Shown here: positions 44,901 to 57,300 of the stretch, one piece after another
Numbering within the stretch: position 1 is the stretch's first letter
Layout of the letters: each line of letters begins with the position of its first letter
Assembly: GCF_964355755.1 (NCBI RefSeq)
Contig: NC_092676.1
Span: 30,336,871-30,400,870 of the forward strand
Reading direction: 5' to 3'
DNA: 64,000 nt
From: Antedon mediterranea
Taxonomy: Eukaryota > Animalia > Echinodermata
Notes under the pieces: generated by a model
Databases searched by the model: none
Told to the model about the DNA's origin: nothing
What the model saw: the letters and a program-made list of their open reading frames with translations, nothing else
Program-made: the position numbers and the translations under genes

Positions 44901-47182
44901 ATAATTATCTTCTAAAATTGTTATCTTTATATGTCAATTTGATGATGTCATCGTGTTAATAATTGGATTTAAAAGATGGGTCTCGTAATTTCGTCTATGC
45001 TACACTGTATATAACATACAGTGTATTCTGTAAATACTGTAATATGCTGTATGCTACAAAATAGGTACAATTCAGCACTTTAAACATACTGTACTTAATT
45101 CATGTCATCGGATGGCATAATAATTGTCGAAGTTCATATAGTTTGTATGTGCATGTTGCGTTTGCGCGGATAACCCGAACTCGTCATAGTGACGAGTTTA
45201 AATCTAGTTGAATTATTATTTTGCACATTTTCTTACAGCACCTAGGCACAATTAATAATAATATTAAAATAGGATTCTACGGCCTCTACTAACTCATCTA
45301 TAGAATGAAATTCCATCTTCTGCAGTAGTAGCTTGGTTCAGTCAGAGGCGCAGTATATTTAAGATTGTTCAGGCCAACCACATTTAATTTAAGCCCGGCG
45401 CACACTAGAGCTTTCGGCTGAGCCAACTGGCACGAGTAACACTTGGCTCAATAACAAATTTGCCGCAAATTGTGATCGCGTTCTATCGGACGCACACAAA
45501 ACGCCTTCAGTACGCGATTTTCTGATTGGATAATTACTTACTACGCTATACAGCACGCGCTGAAATATCATAATAAATCAGAACATGTCATGCACAGTGG
45601 AATTTTTTAATGAGCTATCTGCTCACATTCGGCGCACACTTGAGGAAAATGGCACGCGTGCCAAACACACTGTGAGCCAAGTGTTACTCATGCCAGTTGG
45701 CTCAGCCGGAAGCTCTAGTGTGCGCCGGGCTTTAAATATATAATAATAATAAATCATAATTATAAAATAAAAGGCATTACAAACTAATATTTAACATATA
45801 AAAAAAAAAAATAATAATACTTAATAGAAACTACAAGAAACAAAATACAATTTTAAGATTAAATAAATTCCATTTAATTGACTCAATCTTTCCTTCTAAC
45901 TTTATTGAAGTATTGCTCTAAACTTTTATTCAACTTTATTTACATTTTTAGCACGAGACTTGGAACCAGTTGTTCACAGCCTTGACAGATTTTACGGCCT
46001 AGACCCATCATTGCCCAAGCTCCATTTGGATGAGGTTGAAGAATTAAAAACGCAAGTAGTTATTTTATGTAACTAAAAACATAATCAGTCTCAACTATTT
46101 GAAATGTCTATTCCAAGTATTTTTTATGTTTACAGCACAGTAATGATTCATGATCTCATATTTTGTACATTTTTTAAATCTGCAGTGCTGATGACAATGT
46201 TAAGAAAATGTTCAGCTTAGAATTTGCAAGCAATGTAAGTAAACCATTTAGAATTCACTCATTGATATAACAAAAATATCTACTGTGTGACTTTTTAATT
46301 GTTAATTATTTGCTTTTAGGCAGAGATAAAACAGTACAAATCTTACAAGCTAATGCAAGAACTGAAAGAAAAAATAGGATTAGAATCCACTGCTAGTAAA
46401 AATGTACTCCCACTAAGAAGTAAGTTAAATATATTTGTGAAAAATCATCTGGTTTCTGTAGTTTATAATAAATTCTGTGTAATGAAATGACAGTAAAGGT
46501 TACTCCATTGAATCTCGGCTATCCTTTTGTTATATATTTTCCATGATATTTTAAGGCTGCCATTTTTTCTTTTTCTTTTTAATTTTTTAATACTTTTATT
46601 GTGCATTTTTTTTGTAGTTGCACGATTGACAATGGCTGTAAGGAACTGCGGGAAACATGTTATTAAAAATCCAAAGGTAATACAGTGAACAGTACAGGGA
46701 ACAGTAAACATTACTGCTGGTATTATTGTTATTATCCATCTGTTTTCAAGGATTTTGTAGTTGTTCCCAAGTTGTCCCAGCCCAAATGTGCTATCAGACC
46801 CCAAACAAAATTCTAAAAATTTTACAAACATGCTCAATATTTTATTTTTAAGGATAAAGCAAATAAACGGAAGATGCTAATCAATATTGATAGAAGGCGA
46901 AAGTACTTGAAGCGTCTGCGGGGCCGAAACTATGGCCACTTTGAGAAAATTGAAGAAGAACTTGGTATAAAATGGGTACCGATACCGAAGTATAACAAAC
47001 GTAAATCAAAGCGTCAAATTGAACAGGAGGCGATCAAGGACAAGGCACATTGGGATAGAATTGCAGCAAAACAAGAATTTGAAAGGAAACGAAATGAGGA
47101 AAATATGATTGAAATTGTACGACTGAAAAAAGAACTTGGAAAAGAATTGACAGAGGAAGAAAAACATTTCGATAATAAATAA
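41937..47182 (+). CDS. MRPS15: Mitochondrial ribosomal protein S15 (uS15m), 310 aa, 6 exons
   Basis: Exons 41937-42231, 45952-46051 (GC donor), 46186-46234, 46320-46419, 46618-46676, 46853-47182; total 933 nt. Arg/Ser/Leu-rich presequence; ADDNVKKMFSLEFA, IARLTMAVRN, KDKANKRKMLINIDRRRKYLKRLRGRNYGHFEKIEEELGI match the uS15 family. Confidence 0.9.
42275..43379. mobile_element. Mutator(MULE)-like non-autonomous element, copy 1, in MRPS15 intron 1
   Basis: Long TIR ggggtgtcacgaaagctcagaccacgaaagc...; flanking direct repeat ctaaatatgg (about 9-10 bp); interior is the reverse complement of 54421-55507. Confidence 0.8.
43790..45207 (+). mobile_element. Helitron-like non-autonomous element (3' end defined, 5' boundary approximate)
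   Basis: Hairpin aactcgtca-tag-tgacgagtt (45178-45198) followed by CTAG|T at 45204-45208; internally repeated ctgttatagctc/atgacgtcat blocks. Confidence 0.55.
45392..45731. mobile_element. PIF/Harbinger-like MITE
   Basis: About 60-bp TIR agcccggcgcacactagagct...agctctagtgtgcgccgggct; TTA TSD on both sides. Confidence 0.88.
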
Positions 47183-47315
47183 CACTTTACAGATTTATTG
47201 TAACAAGTCAAATTCTGTATCACAGTACAATTTTTAACAGCAAAAATCCAATAAAAAACATCTATAAATACTGTAAATGAGTTTGTTGTTTTTTTCTATA
47301 GACTTACAGTAGGTG

Positions 47316-47532
47316 TAAGGCTTATGGTACACCATGTATATTACTAAGGCTTATGGTACACCATGTATATTACTAAGGCTTATGGTACACCATGTATATT
47401 ACTAAGGCTTATGGTACACCATGTATATTTTTGTTTGTCTGCCTTTTTAAAGACTTGCACGGTGTACTAAGGCTTATGGTACACCATGTATATTTTTGTT
47501 TGTCTGCCTTTTTAAAGACTTGCACGGTGTAC
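47316..47532. repeat. 29-bp tandem repeat and a longer derived duplication
   Basis: taaggcttatggtacaccatgtatattac units. Confidence 0.85.
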
Positions 47533-47974
47533 CTTAGTACATTACTAATGTATATATACACACTCACCTATTTATTGAAAATTCTCAAGATATAAATTAA
47601 ATAAATAAAAATTAATTAAAAATTAAATAAATTAGATTAATAAATACTGTGATGCTCAATATATTGGAATATTCAAATGGCATATTTAATTTTGTTCTCC
47701 ATAGAAAATATTTGCAATACTTTTTCTTTTCAAATGGACAGTAAGCATTAAATAATGTAAACTTTATTTGTTGAATTTTTTTATTTTTTTAAATATTTTT
47801 TTTTTATATATTTAGGCAAATTGCCAAGGATAACCATAAGCAAATTCAATCACTTTCCTTCTTAAAGGTGGCAATCCTGTTCACAAGACAAACATATACA
47901 CACAATGCTCTACATAAACAAAGTCTTATTACAAGTCTTTGGGAGTGGAGTTGTAAATTGTCATTAGAAAAAAT

Positions 47975-48040
47975 CCTGACATATGACAGGACTTGAACCC
48001 AGGACCCTTGGATTGGCAGCCAAGCATCATAATCCACTTA
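47975..48040 (-). mobile_element. tRNA-derived SINE-like head
   Basis: Minus strand agtggattatgatgcttggctgccaatccaagggtcctGGGTTCAAGTCCtgtc; B-box present, acceptor stem not intact. Confidence 0.5.
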
Positions 48041-48384
48041 AATGTGCAACACAGAACTACTCAACAAGGAAAATTCCCAATTGAATGAAGACACTTCTAT
48101 TGTCTCATCAAAGAAACAAGATCTACCTATTTAACTAGGCCTATATATGAAAATTAAAATTTATAAAAGCCTTTGATGAATTAATGATCTAATTATTGAA
48201 ACTTTGATGATGGGATGAATTATATCTATAAAACATGAAAGTATAGGAATAATAGCATTGTATGATTTGATTTGTTGCACTTATTGCGTTCCATATTTCA
48301 TTGGAGAACGAATTGACTTTTTATTATTTTGTTGCCGCTCCCCGACGAGACGTGTGCGGTTCACGTTGACGTGAAGACTAAATC

Positions 48385-51300
48385 ATGAGCATTTTAAGCG
48401 AATCTTCCTGTAGCCTGAGTGATTTTGATGCTATAGGCTTTGATCTTGATCATACTCTTTGCAAATACAAGTTAGACATACTTTTTCCAGTATGTTGTAG
48501 CATTTATTTATTATCAAAATAGGCGTATTACTAAAAACACTAGCTCTAGGCTTTAGGCCTACACAACATGTGCTGGCTCTGGGTGGTGAACAGTGCAGTT
48601 CGTCGCCTCGGTTATGGAACGCCCAAATTCATGAAACGCCACAATGGACAAAATATGTCATGTTCATTTCGGCCGACAGGTATGGTGTGCCAATAGCCAG
48701 AAATCATGTGAAGTTTTTTTTTCGCGGATTGAAACTATCTTAGCTACTAGGTATAGGCCCATCTTGACAACAGATAAAGACTTCATTCTTAATGGTGGTA
48801 GGACTAGGCCTAGGCCTTACTTACTTTAGTTGCGAAAGGAGTTCTCGCAGAAAAGAGATCAGTCCGATACATTTTTTTTTAACAATTTTGTCCTATAATT
48901 CATCCATCCATGCTCACATTTTTTTACCCTCTTCCCCCTCTACTACCCCAATGTCATAAATAACGTTTCATTTCAGTTTCTTTACAAATGTTTAGTGAAA
49001 CACCTTGTTGAAGATCTTGGCTATGATGAAGATATTGCTCGTCCTCTAGAAGAACATAAAGATTTTGTGTATGTACTTCTTCTTCACAACAGATCATTGG
49101 CACCCAGGCATAACATAATGCACTTTGTCAATTGTATGACCCACTATACAACCCCCAGGAGAGGTGCGTCATTTACAAATAATTATTGACGCAGGAATGG
49201 TCACCTAAAGGTAAGTCATATTTTTGACGCACAGGTGCGTCCTGGTATTCACGCACATCGGACAAATGACGCACCTCTCCCGGGGGTCGTATAGTGCATA
49301 AAATAAATTAAAGGTGAAATAAACAAAAGAAGAAAAATTGTTCAAGTTCAAATTTTTTTTCTTGAATCTTGTTTTCTGTAGAACAAAGGGTCTTGTTTTG
49401 GATGTTGAAAAAGGAAACTTTTTTAAGTTCTCAGAAAATGGCTACATTTTACGTGCCAGTCACGGTACTAGTCCTCTGAGTGACGAGGAAATTGAAGAAT
49501 TGTACGGTAAAGAGCGCCACTGGAAACATTTCAAAGATCTTAAAGAAACATTGACACAAAATTGTAAGTACAAATACATTCTTGGTGCCAGATCTCTTGA
49601 AAATAGCAGGGCCTCAGCCAGCATAAATAATTATATTTAAAGCATCTTTGCCTCGTCTGTTTTTAACCTCTAGATATGACCTTGAATAAGATGACATTGT
49701 AAATACCATTGCTACTTACATAACCAAAATATTTTATATACATTTTATTTTATCCTTCTTGGGCCCTCATCCATACATACAAAGGATAAAAAGGGGAAAT
49801 AGGAACAGAATAGAATGGTATGGCTAAAATCCCTGGCAATTGATAAATGTATTTCTTTCTTTTTGCTTTGCTGTAGGCCTATTTCTCCAATGAATGGTAT
49901 GGCTAAAATCCCTGGCAATTGATAAATGTATTTTCTTTCTTTTTGCTTTGATGTAGGCCTATTTCTCCTATGAATGGTATGGCTAAAATCCCTGGCAATT
50001 GATAAATGTATTTTCTTTCTTTTTGCTTTGCTGTAGGCCTATTTCTCCTATGAATGGTATGGCTAAAATCCCTGGCAAATGATAAATGTATTTTCTTTCT
50101 TTTTGCTTTGCTGTAGGCCTATTTCTCCTATGAATGGTATGGCTAAAATCCCTGGCAATTGATAAATGTAATTTCTTTCTTTTTGCTTTGATGTAGGCCT
50201 ATTTCTCCTATGAATGATATCCTTAATGATATCCACCGAACCTCAAACCTGCTAAAATTTTTTCTATATGCTGATGACACTACAGTTTTTCATGCCAACA
50301 AAAACATCCAAACTCTTTTTGACACCTTTAATACCAATGTTATCCCCTTGTCCCAGTACTTTATTGCCAACAAACTCTCCCTCAATCATAATAAATGTAG
50401 TTACATCCTATTCGGAACCCCGCAGTTGACTAGAGGTATTGATGTGTCCCCACTTAAAGTCGTTATTGATAATCAAGAAATCCCCTCTGTAAAGTATAAT
50501 AAATTTCTTGGCATTATCGACAACTCTCTCTCATGGAAACCCCATATCCAAGAAATTGAGAACAAAGTGTCTAAGAACCTTGGGATCATTTCTAGGCTTT
50601 CTTCCTTCCTCCCAACTAATATTCTCAGGACCCTTTATTGCACACTCATCCTTCCTTATTTGAGCTATGGTAACATTGTCTGGGCCAACACTTACCCTTC
50701 AAACATCATTAAACTCTCTATCCTACAAAAAAAAGCTATCAGGACTATATCTGGCGCTCATCCACTGTCACATTCCTCCCACTTATTCTCCAAACTCAAT
50801 CTTCTCAAACTCTCGGACATTAACCTATCCCAGCAAGGTGTCTTTGTTTTTTTGGCCACTCACTCACTTCTCCCTTGCCATCTTAACGACCTTTTCGCTC
50901 CTAATAATACCGTTCATAAATATTACACTAGAACAAGAAATAACATATATATCCCTAACCATAACACCAATTATTTTCAACATAGCATTAGATATTCTGG
51001 ACCTCTATTGTTTAACAATTTACCCCCCTCAATTTCCTGTGCTGCTAACCGCTATTCATTCAAGAATAACATTAAAAATTACCTTTTGTCTCATTACTGA
51101 TCGATCTGTTTGATATGGTCGTTGTTTCCATGTTCCGTGACTTGCTATCTTTATTATTCATTTGTCATCATATTCGCTATATGCCATGCAGCTGTACTTT
51201 TTTCTGTTCTTTTTTATTTTTTATTCCAACTTTTATCTACTGGTTTTATATATATTTTGTATTTCTTTATTGTTTAATTAATTTATTTTCTTTATTTATT

Positions 51301-54300
51301 TATTTTTTTTCTTCTCTTAATTTAAATATGTAAAGGCAATCCCGTCACAAGATTGTAATCTTTTTGGGATTTGCCTTCGTCCATTTTCTTGTTTTATCAC
51401 TTGCCATTTTGTTTTTGTTACTTTTGTCTTTTGGACGTGAATAAATGTTCTTTGAATTGAATTGAATTTAAATTGAATGGTATGGCTAATCTCCCTGGCA
51501 TTTGATAAATGTATTTTCTTTCTTTTTGCTTTGCTGTAGGCCTATTTCTCCTATGAATGGTATGGCTAAAATCCCTGGCAATTGATAAATGTATTTTCTT
51601 TCTTTTTGCTTTGATGTAGGCCTATTTCTCCTATGAATGGTATGGCTAAAATCCCTGGCAATTGATAAATGTATTTTCTTTCTTTTTGCTTTGCTGTAGG
51701 CCTATTTCTCCTATGAATGGTATGGCTAAAATCCCTGGCAATTGATAAATGTATTTTCTTTCTTTTTGCTTTGCTGTAGGCCTATTTGCTGTAGGCCTAT
51801 TTGCTGTAGGCCTATTTGCTTTAGGCCTATTTCTCCTATTTTTTAGGCAAACTGCAGATCATCAGGTGATTAGGGGTTTTTGTTTGTATTCTATGCTATG
51901 ATAAAAAGGTTCGGAAAACATGACAAAGTTACATGACAAAGTTACATGACAAAGTTACTGTACATGACAAAGTTACATGACAAAGTTACTGTACATGACA
52001 AATTCAGAAAATCTAAAAAGACAAAATTCTAGCCAGAGTAAATGCTATACTGCCCCCTAGAACTAAATTTTGCAAATATATTTGATACAGTACATTTGAC
52101 AAAACAAAATATAAATTTTATTAGCTTCATTTTATTATACATAATTATTTTAAATTAGAAGTTTAATTTCTGTCATCAATTGCAAGAATTGAAAGAAGTT
52201 AATGCTACAGAGAGCTCTAATACCTCTACTACAAGCAAGCAATGAATTAGAAAGGAAAAGATATAAATAGAACATTGATTAGTGTGTTGATTACCTAAAT
52301 GTATACATATGAATAATGATCCAAGCTCTAAGGAGTTGTTGATAATTAAACACAATATATGGTAACTACAGTCTTACTTCATTGATTTTTATATATTAGA
52401 AAAGTAAAATTTCCTTGGACTTTGTAATTGGAAATAATATATATTATATCAATATTTTGTTATTAAATCCATGGATTAGAATCAAGTAGTTTAGACTTAA
52501 AGATGGAAATGAAATATTTAATTATTCTTTTGAGAGCAGCAATTTAAATTGCTTCATTTGCCTGAAGAACCCAAAGTCATTACTCCGTCACATGCCGTTA
52601 CACTCAACATTCTAATATTCGATATTATCCTCTCTCGTATTTAAAGTCAATGGTTTACTTTATTCTAAATAGCAATTATAATAGTATTTGTCTGGTAATG
52701 ATGTATTCAAATGTTTTTACTGTAGAATAACTATTATAAAAAAAAATTATTTTTAAAAAGGCTTTCAAAAAATGTATCCTTTGAAATAAACAAATGTTGC
52801 ATAATATTGAAAGTACATCATAATATTACCATGAACCATCATATTACCATGGACCATCATATTACGATGAACCATCATATTACCATGGACCATCATATTA
52901 CGTAGACATTTTCAGTTTTAATAGTAAAATTGTATGTAGAGAAATAAACTATAAAATAGCCTTTAGTATTCACAAAAATTATACTAGATACATTTGTTAA
53001 GTGGGCATTGATGTCGGCATAATAGAGAGAGCATGACATTAAAATTATACTAGATACATTTGTTAAGTGGGCATTGATGTCGGCATAATAGAGAGAGCAT
53101 GACATTTCTTATAATAAAATACCATGCAATTCCAAGGTAACGGGCGTGAAATTTGGCAAAAAGTAGTAGATGAGATGGATTTATTAATTTGCATTTACTA
53201 ATAACATGGATTTACCAAAGCCTTGTGTTCGATTTTAGCTTTACATAAGAGGACCTGGGATTATACTGAGAATGGGTGCAGCACCTTGATTCCCGGACAT
53301 TGACTCTATTCCATCATAACAAGTTCCTGTTGTTCATGTTTAAGAATCCTAACATTTGGACCTGGGATAAGGGTACCTGGGATTCGACTAAGAATGGGTG
53401 CAGCACCTTGATTCCGGGGCATTGACTCTATTCCATCATAACAAGTTCCTGTTGTTCATGTTTAAGAATCCTAACATTTGTGTATCCTACACAGCAGGGT
53501 ATTGATTTACTTGGAGACTTGTATAATGTTTGAATTATGATAATCTGATTAGTTTCATACTATTAACTTATATTTAAATACCATGAGTGTAAGGGATATG
53601 TATTTATTTTTACTTGAACATTTTTGTTTACACTCTGAATAATATAAAATAATAAAGTAGGTATGAATATTACAATGAGTGAGTGTATCACATTATTATG
53701 TAACTGTCACACCTTTTTTGTGGAATATAAATTGCGTTGAGGTTTACTGCTTCGTCTTGTATTTCAAACACAGTTTTATCCAAGACTACAAGACATGTTA
53801 TTGCATCTTTGTATAATTATTATCAACTGTAATGTCAATTCACAATAATGTAGAAATCTGAGCTTTATTCCTTTGAGGGATAAAGCACAAGAATCAAATG
53901 GCATTTGCTACAAGAACTATAAATGACGTTGCTAGTGTATTCATTAATGTTTTTGTAGTTAACATTATTGAACAAACATTAATTTTATCAAAATGTCAAT
54001 AAAATAACCATTAAAAATGCCTAATATGTATTCAGATACAACTTCACAACATATTCAGTTTATATTCAGTTTTAGTATAGCAATGCCTCATAAACAGTCA
54101 TAGTATAGTCAACATAGCCTTATAAACAGTCATAGTCAACATAGCCTCAATATTAAAACACAACATAATTCTAGAATATTAAGCTTGGAAAGAAAACAGA
54201 TGAAAAGATAATTAAAATAAGAAATAATAATTTGAAACTACATTCCAAATAGAAATAGATGATAATGTTCTGAACTTTAAATCTAGGACAAACTGAATGT

Positions 54301-57300
54301 TTGATTCTGATTTTTATTTTGCCCAGATGTAACAGATTCTTTCCAGGCATAAAGTAGCCTATGTTGATACCATATTAGTTAGGCATTTTAAAGTAGCCTA
54401 TGTTGATACCATATTAGTTAGGGGTGTCACGAAACCTAAGACCACGAAAGCTAAGACCCCCTAAGACCTAAGATCACGAAAGCTAAGACCCAAGACCTAA
54501 GATTACAAATATTTTTCTTTCGCACCTGCCTTGTATTTTAACTCCCAACATTTATTCTGAATACCACACCTTAGAATTGGCACTTTCATAAAAAAGAATC
54601 ACATAAAAAGTAACAAATACATTTTTAAATTGATGATTTACAGACGTTTTTCTCGCACACAAACTGTTTGCGAATTTCGCATGACTAGCCTACAGTACAG
54701 TAGCAGTAGGCCTTCCACCATGTTCAATGTTTTTGTTTCTATGGAACGTCAAAAGAGCAAAAATTATATAGAGGGCTGAAAACTCTGTGGAGTCCGTCTA
54801 CAGTGTGGATGGAACAATGTAAAATTAAAATTGTAATGATAATAATATAATCATGCAAGTACGAAGAAATAAATACTGGCAAATAAATTTTAATTTAAAA
54901 ATCATGATTTGTTTCGTTTTCTTTCTGTTTTTATACTTGTACTATTATTGTTGCTCTTTTGGCGCTCCATAGAAACAAAAACATTGAGCATGGGGGAGGC
55001 TCGAGGAGTTACAGTATACAAAGAAACATGTCTGTAAAATCATCAATTTAAAGGATTTATTTATTTGTTTTTTATGTGTTTCTCCGTCTGAAAGTACTTA
55101 TAAATCCTAATTTTAAAGTGTGGTATTCAGGATAAAGTTCGTCAACAAATTTGGAGTCAAAATACAAGAAAGGCAGGTGCGTAAGAAAAACATCCTCTGA
55201 ACCAACACAATGGAGTAAATATATACCAACAAACAACCCGTCAAGTTTGTTTGTTGTAAAAAAAAATATACATTTACTCAACGGGCGGAAATAATGTTAG
55301 TTTATCTATGTTTTGCGGTAGTATTTAATTATATTTATGGTAATAAATGAAACCGTACTGTGTTTAAAATTATGTATGGATAAACAAGTATTGTTTTTAA
55401 GCTGTAGTATATCTTAGAATTTGTAATCTTAGGTCTTGGGTCTTAGCTTTCGTGATCTTAGGTCTTAGGGGGTCTTAGCTTTCGTGCTCTTAGGTTTCGT
55501 GACACCCTATTAGTTAGGCATAAAGTAGCCTATGTTGATACCATATTAGTTAGGCATAAAGTAGCCTATGTTGATACCATATTAGTTACGCATTTTAAAG
55601 TAGCCTATGTTGATACCATATTAGTTACGCATTTTATTTTGCCCAGATGTAACAGATTCTTTCCAGGCATAAAGTAGCCTATGTTGATACCATATTATGC
55701 CCAGATGTAACAGATTCTTTCCAGGCATAAAGTAGCCTATGTTGATACCATATTATGCCCAGATGTAACAGATTCTTTCCAGGCATAAAGTAGCCTATGT
55801 TGATACCATATTATGCCCAGATGTAACAGATTCTTTGCAGGCATAAAGTAGCCTATGTTGATACCATATTATGCCCAGATGTAACAGATTCTTTCCAGGC
55901 ATAAAGTAGCCTATGTTGATACCATATTAGTTAGGCATTTTAAAGTAGCCTATGTTGATACCATATTAGTTAGGCATTTTAAAGTAGCCTATGTTGATAC
56001 CATATTAGTTAGGCATTTTAAAGTAGCCTATGTTGATACCATATTAGTTAGGCATAAAGTAGCCTATGTTGATACCATATTAGTTAGGCATTTTAAAGTA
56101 GCCTATGTTGATACCATATTAGTTAGGCATTTTAAAGTAGCCTATGTTGATACCATATTAGTTAGGCATAAAGTAGCCTATGTTGATACCATATTAGTTA
56201 GGCATTTTAAAGTAGCCTATGTTGATACCATATTAGTTAGGAATTTTAAAGTAGCCTATGTTGATACCATATTAGTTAGGCATTTTATTTGATGTATACT
56301 GCTTTACTCATTAGTAGATCATTCATTCTTTCATACACATTTATTCAGTTATTTGACAATGAGTATTGATTCCAGTCAAAATTGGCTTTCTTGATAGAAA
56401 CACTTAATTATAATGTTCAGAAGTCTACAATGATGATTTTAATAATAAAAGAGTCATGAAGGTTTGAAATGAATAATGTATAGTTGATAATATAACAGTA
56501 GAATTGTTTATACTAAGATGGATGTGGTATTCTATGTAGTGTTGAATTTTAATAATAAAAGAGTCGTGATGGTTTGAAATGAATAATGTATAGTTGAATA
56601 CAACAACAGATATGAGTCCATTGAAGCTTGTATTGTGTAATTGAAATACAATTAGCCTAGTGTTTAATAATAGAAGAGTCATGATTTAATTAAATGTTAA
56701 AAAGTTCGTGCTTTCGTTCATTATTATCTCAGGTCTAAGCTGATAAACTATCAGATGTCTTGTGTACTTCTTTATTAATTTATTCTCGCATCATTAAGTA
56801 TTCAAAACGCACTTAACGTAATTTAAATACATCCTGCACCCCTTAAATGTTCAATTTTTTGGCAACCAATATTTTCTGGCCGTAATCAACCTTTTCTGGT
56901 CAAGAGACAACCAATATTTTCTGGCCGTAATAACCTTTTCTGGTCAAGAGACAACCAATATTTTCTGGCCGTAATCAACCTTTTCTGGTCAAGAGACAAC
57001 CAATATTTTCTGGCCGTAATCAACCTTTTCTGGTCAAGAGACCAACCAATATTTTCTGGCCGTAATCAACCTTTTCTGGTCAAGAGACAACCAATATTTT
57101 CTGGCCGTAATCAACCTTTTCTGGTCAAGAGACCAACCAATATTTTCTTGTGATTAGATTTTATGATAATAATAATATAAAAAAAAACTTGTCTGTTCCA
57201 AATGTGACTTTTTGTTTTTGCAGTTGAATACATAATGACGTATACTTGATTTGAAACCGACTTTAGCCCATATTTATTCCCAATAGCAATTCGATGATCT

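Noticed and set aside
50210-51100. Domesticated or novel reverse-transcriptase gene
   Set aside because: Begins mid-RT with its ATG supplied by the host repeat and has an ordinary LINE 3' UTR and tail; a 5'-truncated insertion.
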